DNA of 64,000 nucleotides, taken from Gammaproteobacteria bacterium (GTDB lineage Bacteria > Pseudomonadota > Gammaproteobacteria > Eutrophobiales > Eutrophobiaceae). Below the pieces are notes generated by a model, which was not told the origin of the DNA, did not search any database, and saw nothing but the letters and a program-made list of their open reading frames with translations. How positions within the stretch are numbered: the first letter of the stretch is position 1; each line of letters starts with the position of its first letter. Shown here in pieces: positions 20,626-30,423 of the stretch. Both the position numbers and the translations under genes were made by a program. Location: NCBI GenBank assembly GCA_965222155.1, contig CBDCTH010000012.1, positions 896,001 through 960,000 of the forward strand, read 5' to 3'.

Positions 20626-21969
20626 GTGAGTATTGATATTCGCGAGGGTAGCCTGGAAGCTCCCGTCAGGCATGCTATTGAATGGAAACAGGCAGAATAC
20701 TACGATCAGGACGATTTGGTCTCGGAGTTGGAGCGCGTATTTGATATCTGCCACGGCTGCCGCCGCTGTGTCAGCCTGTGCAACGCGTTTCCCACCCTGT
20801 TCGACCTGATAGACGAGTCGGACACCATGGAAGTGGACGGGGTGGAAAAAGCCGATTTCGGCAAAGTCGTGGATCACTGCTATCTGTGTGATCTCTGCTA
20901 CATGACGAAATGCCCCTATGTGCCGCCCCACGAATGGAACGTCGACTTCCCCCACCTCATGCTGCGCGCCAAGGCGGTGAATTTCAAGCAGGGCAACGCG
21001 AAACTGCGCGATAAGGTGCTTACCTCTACCCGTACCGTGGGCAATCTCGCCGGTATTCCCATTGTTGCCCAGCTTGTCAATGCGGCGAATAAGTCGCAAC
21101 CGCTGCGCAAACTGCTGGAAAAGACGGTGGGTATCCATGCGGATGCGCCTTTGCCGGAGTTTCATTCCCGCTCGTTGCGCAGTCGGGTTAAAGGCAAACA
21201 ACCGGCCCCGTCCACGCCGGAGCCGGCCGGCGGGACGACCGGAAAGGTGGCCTTGTTCGTGACCTGTTACTGCAACAGGAATACCCCCCGGGTGGCAGAA
21301 GACCTGATCGCCGTATTCGAGCATAACGGAATCCCGTTTACCCTGGCCGATAAGGAGGCGTGTTGCGGCATGCCCAAGCTGGAGCTGGGCGATCTTGATA
21401 CGGTCGAACGGGCAAAAGATGTCAATATTCCGCGCCTGATAGAGCTGGTTGAGCAGGGCTGGGACATCATCGCACCCATCCCCTCCTGTGTGTTGATGTT
21501 CAAGCAGGAGCTTCCCCTGATGTTTCCTGATGACGAGAACGTGCAGCGGGTGCGGCAGGCTTTTTACGACCCCTTTGAGTACCTCATGATCCGGCATAAG
21601 GAAGGGAAACTGAATACCGAATTCAAACAGTCTCTCGGCAGGATTGCCTACCATGCGCCCTGTCACCAGCGGGTCCAGAATATCGGTCTGAAAACCCGCG
21701 ACGTGCTGGCACTGGTCCCGGACACGAGCATCGATGTGATCGAACGCTGTTCGGGACATGATGGAACCTACGCGGTCAAGGCTGAGAGTCACGAGATATC
21801 GACAAAAATCTGCCGCCCGGTTGTGAACAAGGTCAAACAGGCCGAGGCCGAACATTACGTCAGTGATTGCCCGATGGCGGGCGCGCAAATTCAGAACGGC
21901 ATGGGTGAGGGACAGGCCGGCGCGGCTGAATCTGCGTTTTCCCTGCTGAAATTTGCCTATGGTTTGTGA
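20626..21969 (+). CDS. Fe-S oxidoreductase (GlpC/HdrD-like, CCG domains), rubrerythrin-associated
   Basis: CHGCRRCVSLC, CYLCDLC..KCP, CCGMP and CSGHDG. Confidence 0.88.
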   Translation: MSIDIREGSLEAPVRHAIEWKQAEYYDQDDLVSELERVFDICHGCRRCVSLCNAFPTLFDLIDESDTMEVDGVEKADFGKVVDHCYLCDLCYMTKCPYVPPHEWNVDFPHLMLRAKAVNFKQGNAKLRDKVLTSTRTVGNLAGIPIVAQLVNAANKSQPLRKLLEKTVGIHADAPLPEFHSRSLRSRVKGKQPAPSTPEPAGGTTGKVALFVTCYCNRNTPRVAEDLIAVFEHNGIPFTLADKEACCGMPKLELGDLDTVERAKDVNIPRLIELVEQGWDIIAPIPSCVLMFKQELPLMFPDDENVQRVRQAFYDPFEYLMIRHKEGKLNTEFKQSLGRIAYHAPCHQRVQNIGLKTRDVLALVPDTSIDVIERCSGHDGTYAVKAESHEISTKICRPVVNKVKQAEAEHYVSDCPMAGAQIQNGMGEGQAGAAESAFSLLKFAYGL

Positions 21970-22572
21970 GTGAAGCAGGAAATGTCGAATAAGTTGACCA
22001 GGGCAGATCTGTACACGCTGGAAAAATACGCCGAGATCCGTAATGAGTTTCGCGCCAGTGTGATGGCGCACAAGAAATCACGGCGTCTGCCGCTGGGTCT
22101 CAACGCCACCCTGTATTTTGAAGATCGCCTTACCATCCAGTACCAGGTGCAGGAGATGCTGCGTATCGAGAAGATATTCGAGCGCGCAGACATTGAAGAA
22201 GAACTGGCAGCTTATAACCCGCTGATCCCGGATGGGCACAACTGGAAGGCCACCTTCATGCTGGAGTATGACGACCGCGCTGAGCGAGGGGAAATGCTCA
22301 CCAGGCTGGTCGGCATAGAGGACTGCGTCTGGATGCGCGTCGGCACCGGCGCTATTATCGTTCCGATTTGTGACGAAGATATGGAACGTGAAACCGAAAC
22401 AAGGACCTCGTCAGTCCACTTCATGCGCTTTGAACTGTCACCAGAGGATATCACCGCCGTAGGGCAGGGTGCAGAAATTTCCGCCGGCATCAGTCACCAG
22501 GAGTATAATTTCCAGATATCGCCCATCCCTGCCGCTATCCGGCAGTCACTTGGCGCGGATATTGATAGTTAG
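21970..22572 (+). CDS. DUF3501 family protein
   Basis: FE.R.TI.YQVQEMLRIE, YNPLIP..NWKAT and SSVHF.RF; conserved position after rubrerythrin and the Fe-S oxidoreductase. Confidence 0.85.
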   Translation: MKQEMSNKLTRADLYTLEKYAEIRNEFRASVMAHKKSRRLPLGLNATLYFEDRLTIQYQVQEMLRIEKIFERADIEEELAAYNPLIPDGHNWKATFMLEYDDRAERGEMLTRLVGIEDCVWMRVGTGAIIVPICDEDMERETETRTSSVHFMRFELSPEDITAVGQGAEISAGISHQEYNFQISPIPAAIRQSLGADIDS

Positions 22573-22602
22573 GATTATCATCATCCCAGCGCCTGCCCCA
22601 CA

Positions 22603-22738
22603 GTCGTCATTCCAGCGAAAGCTGGAATCCAGTCAAACAATGTGCCGCCACCGGCGGCTCTTTATTATACTGGATTCCGGCCTGCGCCGGAATGACGACG
22701 ACAGCCGGAATGACGACGACAGCCGGAATGACGACGAC
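22603..22738. repeat. REP/dRS3-like inverted pair with an 18-bp tandem expansion
   Basis: GTCATTCCAGCGAAAGCTGGAATCCAGT ... ACTGGATTCCGGCCTGCGCCGGAATGAC, with GCCGGAATGACGACGAC(A) repeated three times. Confidence 0.75.
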
Positions 22739-22792
22739 GGATATGCCGTCTTTTCTCTGTGATCTCTGTGCCCTCTGTGGCAAAATAATCAA

Positions 22793-24679
22793 ATGAACAA
22801 CACTTACGCCGCCGCTGATATCGAGGTCCTGACCGGCCTTGACCCGGTGCGTAAACGCCCCGGGATGTACACCGATACCTCCCGTCCCAATCACCTGGTG
22901 CAGGAAGTCGTCGATAACAGTGTCGATGAAGCCATCATCGGCCATGCCAACCGGGTTGAGATTACCCTGCACGAAGACAACTCCATCACGGTCGCCGATA
23001 ACGGCAGGGGCATGCCGGTCGACAATCATCCGGGGGAGAACCTCCCGGGCGTGGAAGTGATCCTGACCCGGCTGCACGCCGGGGGCAAGTTCTCCGACAA
23101 GAATTACAAGTTCTCGGGCGGCCTGCACGGCGTAGGCGTATCAGTCGTCAATGCCCTGTCCAAACACCTGGAAATCTGGGTCAGGCGCGACGGCAATGAA
23201 TACAACATGGCCTTTGCCAGCGGTAACAGGATCAGTCCGCTGGAAGTAGTGGGCGAGGTGGGCAAACGCAATACCGGCACCACCCTGCGCTTCTGGCCCG
23301 ACCCGGTTTACTTTGATTCCATTACGGTAGCAAGAGCGAAACTTAAACACCTGCTGCGCGCCAAGGCGGTACTGTGCCCCAAACTGACGGTCAGGCTCAA
23401 CGATGAGGCCAACGAGGATAAAACGGAGTGGTACTATGAGGACGGCGTCAGCACATATTTATCGAGTATGCTGGCCGGTGTCGAACTGCTGCCGGCGGAA
23501 CCTTTCACCGGTTCCATGCAAGGCAATAACGAACAGGTGGACTGGGCCGTACACTGGCTGCCGGAAGCAGGGGAACTGATCACGGAGAGTTACGTCAACC
23601 TGGTGCCGACCACCCAGGGCGGCACCCATGTGAACGGCCTGCGCCAGGGCTTGCTGGAAGCCTTCAGGGGGTTCTGTGAAGCACGCAACCTGTTGCCGCG
23701 CGGCGTCAAGCTGACTGCGGAAGACGTCTGGGAGCGTTGCGCCTACCTGCTTTCGGTAAAAATCGATGAACCTCAATTCGTTGGTCAGGCCAAGGAACGG
23801 CTGGCCTCGCGGGAATGTACGACGTTTGTCTCAGGCGTTGTGCGCGATGCCTTGAGCCAGTGGCTGCACCAGCACGTGGAGACCGGTGAGAAGATCGCCG
23901 AACTGGCGATCCGTCATGCCCAGAGTCGCCTCAAGGCCGGTAAAAACATTGTCCGCAAAAAAGTGACCAGCGGCCCGGCGCTGCCCGGCAAACTGGCGGA
24001 CTGCGCCAGCCAGTCCGCCGAACTCAGTGAGTTGTTCCTGGTGGAGGGGGATTCCGCCGGCGGCTCCGCCAAACAGGCCCGGGATCGGGAATTTCAGGCG
24101 GTCATGCCGTTACGGGGAAAAATCCTAAACACCTGGGAGGTGGCCCCGGGTGAAGTGCTGTCCTCCAAGGAAGTCCACGACATCTCGGTTGCAATCGGCG
24201 TGGACCCGGGCTCCGACGATTTATCCAAACTGCGCTACGGCCGCATCTGCATCCTGGCCGATGCGGATTCCGACGGCTTGCATATCGCCACCTTACTCTG
24301 CGCCCTGTTCCTGAAACACTTCCGCAAACTGGTCAGCGCAGGTCACGTACACGTCGCCATGCCGCCCCTGTACCGGATAGATGTCGGCAAGGAAGTGTTC
24401 TATGCACTGGATGATTCCGAGAAGTCCGGCGTGCTGGATCGCATCGCCGCGGAGAAAATCAAGGGCATGGTCAACGTGCAACGCTTCAAGGGCCTGGGGG
24501 AGATGAACCCCATTCAGTTACGCGAAACCACCATGGCGAAGGAAACGCGCCGCCTGGTAAAACTGAGCCTGCCGGAAGACAGCAAGTCGGACCAGATGAT
24601 GGACATGCTGCTGGCGAAGAAACGTGCCTCGGACCGCAAAAACTGGCTGGAACGCAAGGGAGATCTGGCTACAGTATAA
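22793..24679 (+). CDS. parE: DNA topoisomerase IV subunit B
   Basis: VRKRPGMY, EVVDNSVDE, GLHGVGVSVVNALS, VEGDSAGGSAKQ, DADSDG and QRFKGLGEM; 628 aa. Confidence 0.95.
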   Translation: MNNTYAAADIEVLTGLDPVRKRPGMYTDTSRPNHLVQEVVDNSVDEAIIGHANRVEITLHEDNSITVADNGRGMPVDNHPGENLPGVEVILTRLHAGGKFSDKNYKFSGGLHGVGVSVVNALSKHLEIWVRRDGNEYNMAFASGNRISPLEVVGEVGKRNTGTTLRFWPDPVYFDSITVARAKLKHLLRAKAVLCPKLTVRLNDEANEDKTEWYYEDGVSTYLSSMLAGVELLPAEPFTGSMQGNNEQVDWAVHWLPEAGELITESYVNLVPTTQGGTHVNGLRQGLLEAFRGFCEARNLLPRGVKLTAEDVWERCAYLLSVKIDEPQFVGQAKERLASRECTTFVSGVVRDALSQWLHQHVETGEKIAELAIRHAQSRLKAGKNIVRKKVTSGPALPGKLADCASQSAELSELFLVEGDSAGGSAKQARDREFQAVMPLRGKILNTWEVAPGEVLSSKEVHDISVAIGVDPGSDDLSKLRYGRICILADADSDGLHIATLLCALFLKHFRKLVSAGHVHVAMPPLYRIDVGKEVFYALDDSEKSGVLDRIAAEKIKGMVNVQRFKGLGEMNPIQLRETTMAKETRRLVKLSLPEDSKSDQMMDMLLAKKRASDRKNWLERKGDLATV

Positions 24680-24851
24680 TGCGGCGAAGGCAGAGATACT
24701 GCCGCATTCCAAACGTTTTCGTTAAATTCAGCCGCAGACTGAGAAAAATATCCGCATAATTCCAAATATTCAGACTATTGCGGATAAATTTCTCTAATAA
24801 TGATAAAATGCGGATACTTTTCTAAATTTGCGGTTATTTTTCGGATAAGTC

Positions 24852-26405
24852 ATGGCGCTTGGTTATCTCTACCTCGTTGAACAGTACCAATTGGCGGCAA
24901 TGCCATTGCAGACTGTTGCCCAAGTTGATCCAATGATCAAGGGAAGACAGACTCGAAGCATCGGAAATCAGGATATCCTGGTCTTTGAGCCCAAATACCA
25001 GCCTGAAGCCGGACTGGTCGGACACCTGCAATTCGCCCTGCGCTATGAAGGCATTAACCTGGAAGTTCTGTATTTGTTATTCCGGCAGACAGGGAGAGAT
25101 GAATTGAATGCCTGGCTGGCTGAGAGTCCGACATCGAGCTACGCACGCCGCGCCGGTTTTCTGTATGAATGGTTGTCGGGTGACAAATTAAATGTAAATG
25201 TTCCAGCCAAGGAACGCTATGTGGACCTTGTGGATAACACATTGCAGTTTGGCCTGACGGTCGGAGAGAAGGATACGCGTTTCCGCGTGAACAATAATCT
25301 TCCGGGTAATAAATACTTCTGTCCACTGGTGCGTCGAACGAAATATCTGAATGAAATGATAGCGAATGATTTGCGGGAAAAAACCCGTAAAACACTGGCG
25401 CGCTATGATCAGGATATTTTGCGGCGAGCGGCCGGTTATCTCTATCTGAAAGAAACACAGTCCTCGTTTGAAGTAGAGCGGGAAACACCCACTCCCGATC
25501 GTGCCCAACGTTTTGCCGATTTGTTGCGCCAGGCCGACACGCGGGAATTATTATCGGAAGACCGGATGGTGCAATTGCAACAGGCCGTCGTCGATTCCCG
25601 CTTTCATGAATTTACCTGGCGGCATCAACAGAACTGGGTAGGCAAGGATCATGGCTATCGGCAACAGGTCGATTTCATTCCACCCAGGCCGGAGGATGTG
25701 CCTGATTTAATGATCGGACTTCTGTCCCTGGCAGAGACATCGAGAAACTGGTTCGCTGATAATGATAATGGAGCAGGTGAGTCTCAAATAGATCCGGTCA
25801 TACTTGCGACCGTGATCGCATTCGGTTTCGTCTTCATCCACCCGTTTATGGATGGCAATGGGCGTATCCACCGGTATTTGATACATGAAGTCTTGACCAA
25901 TGCCGGCTTTACCCCCAGAGGGATAATCCTGCCGATCTCTGCAGTCATACTCGCCAACCTGGATGATTATGTTGCAATCCTGGAAAACTTTTCCAAGCCG
26001 TTACGAACCAGGACCAGTTACAACCCGGATACGCCGGATATTCCCGCTATCGGCAATGAAGCTGTTTATTTCCGCTATTTCGATGCAACGATTCAGGCGG
26101 AATTTTTATACGGATCCTTGCAGAGAACGGTGGAAGTAGATCTGGAAACAGAAATTAATTACCTGATGGGATTTGATCGAGCCTATCAGGCGCTGAACAA
26201 CCTGCTTGACTGGCCGGCGCATAGCCTTGAATTATTCATTCGCATTGTCCAACAGAATAATGGCAGGCTGTCCAAGACCAAGAGAGACAGCCATTTCGAC
26301 TGGATGAAAGAAGGGGAGATTAAGACGGCGGAACAACTGGTCAGTGAAGCGTTTCAGATGAAGCAGCGCATTTCGTCATTTGACAACCCCGGTAAAAGAC
26401 CGTAG
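24852..26405 (+). CDS. Fic family protein
   Basis: Canonical Fic motif HPFMDGNGRIHR. Confidence 0.9.
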   Translation: MALGYLYLVEQYQLAAMPLQTVAQVDPMIKGRQTRSIGNQDILVFEPKYQPEAGLVGHLQFALRYEGINLEVLYLLFRQTGRDELNAWLAESPTSSYARRAGFLYEWLSGDKLNVNVPAKERYVDLVDNTLQFGLTVGEKDTRFRVNNNLPGNKYFCPLVRRTKYLNEMIANDLREKTRKTLARYDQDILRRAAGYLYLKETQSSFEVERETPTPDRAQRFADLLRQADTRELLSEDRMVQLQQAVVDSRFHEFTWRHQQNWVGKDHGYRQQVDFIPPRPEDVPDLMIGLLSLAETSRNWFADNDNGAGESQIDPVILATVIAFGFVFIHPFMDGNGRIHRYLIHEVLTNAGFTPRGIILPISAVILANLDDYVAILENFSKPLRTRTSYNPDTPDIPAIGNEAVYFRYFDATIQAEFLYGSLQRTVEVDLETEINYLMGFDRAYQALNNLLDWPAHSLELFIRIVQQNNGRLSKTKRDSHFDWMKEGEIKTAEQLVSEAFQMKQRISSFDNPGKRP

Positions 26406-26480
26406 ATTGCGGACATGGGCGGAGGTGAAGCAACTTCCGGACTTGGAACGTAACATTACACTTATAAGGAGGTGGCCCGT

Positions 26481-26784
26481 ATGAGCAGTACTGCTCTTTA
26501 CAAGGCGTTTATTGAAGTCGGCGCATCGCAGGAGGCCGCCACCGAGGCGGCGGAGGACGGTCATTCAAGTGTCACAGCTATCACAACTGGCGACAAAGGT
26601 CGATATTGAAGCTCTGAAAAGCGAAAATGCACTTCTGAGAAGTGAGGTAGCGATCGATATTGCAAACCTGGAAACCCGGCTTCTCAAATGGATGGTCGGC
26701 TGCGGGTTCCTGTTTGCCGGCGTTGTCATCGCCGGCGTGGGCATAGTCATCCAAATCATGCTGTCCCCTGGAGTTGCCCGGTAA
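26481..26784 (+). pseudogene. Frameshifted coiled-coil protein with a C-terminal TM helix (DUF1640/CCDC90-like)
   Basis: RBS AAGGAGG and ATG 26481 give MSSTALYKAFIEVGASQEAATEAAED. One extra G near 26559 shifts the frame before VIQVSQLSQLATKVDI..LETRLLKWMVG. Confidence 0.6.
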
Positions 26785-26850
26785 GCTGCGGTAAAAATAA
26801 GTCTGCCCGCTTATTCCCGGTCCCCTTTTTCTCGTAATCAGGCTTCTGCA

Positions 26851-26968
26851 GTCATTCCCGCGCGTTTCCCTACGGCCCATTCCTGCGGAAGCAGGAATCC
26901 AGTCAATAAACTTTCCTTATAATAAGGAATAAATTATCTACTGGATTCCGGCTTACGCGGGAATGACG
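26851..26968. repeat. REPIN-like element with an AT-rich core
   Basis: ATTCCTGCGGAAGCAGGAATCCAGT..CCTTATAATAAGG..ACTGGATTCCGGC..GGAATGAC; related copies at about 36110-36182 and 53073-53166. Confidence 0.7.
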
Positions 26969-27053
26969 ATGGTGGGCATGCACCGAAATGATATAAGCGG
27001 CGTGTGCCATAATGGTGATCAATTACAACAATGGCGACTGGGTTGTCCTAGGG

Positions 27054-27218
27054 TTACATATAGTCTACTGAAATCGAGGCATTATCGCCTACACCCAGGA
27101 TAGTGATCATACCGCCACCATAATCGGACAGGTCGATTACGTAATTACCGTCACCTTGGGTACTGTCGCTGACGTCTGTTAACGCTTCGTCTTCATCTGC
27201 AAAACGTTTCAGGATGAT
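27054..27218 (-). pseudogene. Orphan C-terminal fragment of an RTX-type protein
   Basis: ..GDGNYVIDLSDYGGGMITILGV..DYM* resembles the C-terminus of the RTX protein at 30424-35985 ([21 protein letters not shown]). Confidence 0.6.
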
Positions 27219-27617
27219 CATATCGCCACCTTGCTCTGCGCCCTGTTCTTGAAGCATTTCCGCCCGCTCGTCAGCGCGGGTCACGTGTACGTGGCCATGC
27301 CTCCACTGTACCGGATAGACGTCGGCAAGGAAGTGTTCTACGCCCTGGACGATTCTGAAAAGTCCGGCCTGCTCGATCGCATCGCTGCGGAGAAAATCAA
27401 GGGGACGGTAAACGTGCAACGTTTCAAAGGCCTCGGAGAAATGAACCCCATACAGTTACGGGAAACCACTATGGCGAAGGAAACGCGCCGCCTGGTAAAA
27501 CTGACCCTGCCGGAAGACAGCAAGGCGGACCAGATGATGGACATGCTGCTGGCGAAGAAGCGCGCATCAGACCGTAAAGACTGGCTGGAACGCAAAGGCG
27601 ACCTGGCCACCATATAA
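27219..27617 (+). pseudogene. parE: Second, diverged copy of the last 399 bp of parE
   Basis: Colinear with 24281-24679 with no indels; hand count of about 48 nucleotide differences, mostly synonymous, and 8 amino-acid changes. Confidence 0.92.
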
Positions 27618-27734
27618 AAGAGTTTGACACAACAGGCCATCAGCATATCCTTATATCAGCGTTCTGATGTTTGGGCGCAGAATCTAACTCCCCATCTCCA
27701 ACTTACTCAAAGCAGGTGCAGACGGGCAACTAAC

Positions 27735-28901
27735 TCAATTATTGGAAAAAATCCGGTTGACTTGATCGTATTTCAGCGCGGTGATGGTATCACTGAACTC
27801 AAAAAAATCACCGGCATATACCAGGTAAGAACGAGTCACTGCGGGAGACAGGGAAGCCATTCTCTTCAACCCTTTTAACAGAGAGGCCGTATAGGTAGCA
27901 CTCGATTTTACCTCGATAGCCACCAGTTCTCTGCCGCTTTGGAAAAGAATATCCACTTCGTTGCCGTTGTTATCCCTGTAAAAGTACAGGTTTGGCAATT
28001 TGCCTTGATTGGCTCGGGTTTTAAGACATTCAATGACAACCAGATTCTCAAACATCTGCCCCAGCAGGGGGTCTCTGAACACCTGTTCTGGTTTCTCAAT
28101 ACCCAGTAAAAATGCCAACAGTCCGGTATCGATAAAATAATACTTGGGGGATTTCACCACGCGTTTACCAAAATTGTCAAAATAGGGGGACAGCTTATAG
28201 ACAATAAAAGAAGCCTCCAGGATTGAGAGCCAATGTTTCACTGTTTTTGCGCTGACTCCGACGTCGTTTGCGAGCAAGGTAAAATCCATCAATTGACCAA
28301 CACGACCAGCCAGTAGCTTCATGAATTTTTCAAACAGGGAAAAATCCTTGAGGTTGATCAATTGTCTTACGTCGCGCTCCACGTAGGTCTGGTAATAATT
28401 TGACCAGGCCGGCGTGGGACGCTGATGTTGATCATAGATACGCGGTAGAAAGCCCTGGTAGATGAATTCCTCCGGCAAATCAAAGGAGACACCCGCATCA
28501 AACAGCTCAGCAATGGAAAAAGGAAACAGGTTAAGGATACTGGTTCTTCCCGCAAGTGACTGGGTAATCGCTTCTCGTAACGCTAACTGGTGGGAGCCGG
28601 TCAGTACAAACTGGCCATTACGCGGATTGTTATCTACGATTACCTGGATATAACTGAGCAGGTCCGGCACTCTTTGAATTTCGTCAATGATAGCATCGCT
28701 TTTGAACCGCGCCAGAAAGGCCTTGGGATCATCTGTGGCTACCTGTCGGATTTCAGGTGTTTCAAGGTTGCAATATTCGTAGCTATCCAACATCCCGCGC
28801 GCAAGTGTCGTTTTTCCCGCCTGTCTTGGACCTAGAATGGTCACTACCGGGTATTCACCAAGCAGTTTTTCAAGTTCACCGATAATATGCCGGTTAATCA
28901 T
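27735..28901 (-). CDS. AAA_14 / DUF4143 ATP-binding protein
   Basis: GPRQAGKT, IIDEIQ, LTGS, SLAGR, KSPKYYFIDTGLL and C-terminal EVD..AIEVK. Confidence 0.88.
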   Translation of the reverse strand: MINRHIIGELEKLLGEYPVVTILGPRQAGKTTLARGMLDSYEYCNLETPEIRQVATDDPKAFLARFKSDAIIDEIQRVPDLLSYIQVIVDNNPRNGQFVLTGSHQLALREAITQSLAGRTSILNLFPFSIAELFDAGVSFDLPEEFIYQGFLPRIYDQHQRPTPAWSNYYQTYVERDVRQLINLKDFSLFEKFMKLLAGRVGQLMDFTLLANDVGVSAKTVKHWLSILEASFIVYKLSPYFDNFGKRVVKSPKYYFIDTGLLAFLLGIEKPEQVFRDPLLGQMFENLVVIECLKTRANQGKLPNLYFYRDNNGNEVDILFQSGRELVAIEVKSSATYTASLLKGLKRMASLSPAVTRSYLVYAGDFFEFSDTITALKYDQVNRIFSNN

Positions 28902-28915
28902 TCAGCTATTCTATT

Positions 28916-28952
28916 TCATACGATATAGGACTTCAAGTCCCATTTTGTATAA
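28916..28952. promoter_or_regulatory. Palindromic putative operator upstream of the ATPase gene
   Basis: GGACTTCAAGTCC (28928-28940) with flanking ATAC..GTAT arms; matched by GGACTTAAAGTCC upstream of the paralog at 59472. Confidence 0.5.
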
Positions 28953-29369
28953 AATATATCCATATTCCTTGAAAATAAGTACTTGATTTACCGAATTTCA
29001 AGGTAAATGTATGGATAACGTTGATTTGAAAGGTAACAGGGACAGAGATTTAATTCTTTCCCCTATTTTACACTCAGGAATGCTTGGTCCCTTTCATAGG
29101 CGTCAGAACGTAAAACTCACCTACCTGGGCGCTGGTTTTGTTTATCTGTGCGGTGGTTTCCCGCCGTGATGCGCTGATGTCATTGTGTAACCAAGCGAAC
29201 AGCCCGATGGTCAGGCCGGCATGTGCAATAAAGGGCGTTTCGCCCTCCACGAGGGCAGGATGCCCTCGAACCCGGGAGTTAGCGGGAGCCGCTGTTTGTT
29301 TCTTGTGTAAATTCCCCCGAATTGTGCCATACTGTAACCCTGTTTCGTGCAAACAGGAGGAGCAACCCT

Positions 29370-30131
29370 ATGAGCGTCGCCGCTGAAACCATCCTGGCCG
29401 ACCCGCGTTGTCTGGTGTCCGAGCGGGAGACGCTGACACCCCGCAAGAACTCCCTGGGTTCGGCGTACCTGGCGTTTCATACCGATCGCGAGACAGTCCT
29501 GAACCTCGCCCGATTGCACTTGGAGGACGCCTTCCGTCGGGTAGTGCTGGATCCGATGCACGGCCTGGTTATGCTGATGGCCCCAGGTCCGATACATGAA
29601 GGGATTGCGGGGTATATTGACAACGTAGTACAGGAAACCGCGGAGGCCCTGGACTTGGGCAATGATTCCCTGCGCTCCACCCGCTGGCGGCGGTCGTCGG
29701 ACCCGCAGAACACCGGCGCCGAACCGGACTGCTGTTATTACCTGGGGGCGAATGCACTGACTTACCAGGAACTTCGGGAGGAGGAGGACGCGCAGGCCAT
29801 CGCCTGGACCCTGTCACATCCCCCGGACCTGGTGGTCGAGGTGGGGCTCACCCATATCGATCGGGACAAGCAGGAACTCTATCGGAGGCTGGGCGTACCG
29901 GAGTACTGGCAGGTGGACCGGTCGTCCGACAGGGCATTCACCGTCACCTTCCTGGACTTACAGGCGGGCGGCGGGCCGGCTTCCCTGGCGATATCCGCAA
30001 TACTGCCCGGGTTGACACCGGCGGCGCTTGGCGCGGCAGTACAGGCGCTGGTGCAACGCCGTTCTCAAAAACGCCGGGAAGTGGTGCTGGCGGTACTGCG
30101 GGAACACGGGGTGGTTGAACAGATACCGTAA
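29370..30131 (+). CDS. Uma2 (DUF820) family endonuclease-like protein
   Basis: EPDCCYY, PPDLVVEV and Y.RLGVPEYW; RBS AGGAGG before ATG 29370. Confidence 0.85.
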   Translation: MSVAAETILADPRCLVSERETLTPRKNSLGSAYLAFHTDRETVLNLARLHLEDAFRRVVLDPMHGLVMLMAPGPIHEGIAGYIDNVVQETAEALDLGNDSLRSTRWRRSSDPQNTGAEPDCCYYLGANALTYQELREEEDAQAIAWTLSHPPDLVVEVGLTHIDRDKQELYRRLGVPEYWQVDRSSDRAFTVTFLDLQAGGGPASLAISAILPGLTPAALGAAVQALVQRRSQKRREVVLAVLREHGVVEQIP

Positions 30132-30423
30132 CTTTACTTGGGTCTTCCCTGAATCTGGTGGCTAACTGTCGGCTTGGCGCTGTCCGGGTTTACCCTAATC
30201 CCGCATTAGAAAGTGCGGGAATCAAAAAAGCCTTGTCTGTATAATTATAATAAGGAGTTATAGTCAACTATGGGCATTGGGACTCATGTTTAAATACAAG
30301 ATGCCAGACCTTATTATCTGTTCTTAACAATTGTAGATAACCGCTTGACAACATTGTACTTTCCACTTACTATTCAAAAAGAATTCGGTTACCAGCCACC
30401 TGATAGCATGGGAGAAAGAGATT

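Noticed and set aside
20317-22071. 584-aa minus-strand ORF
   Set aside because: Antisense to the well-supported rubrerythrin cluster; no recognisable motifs.
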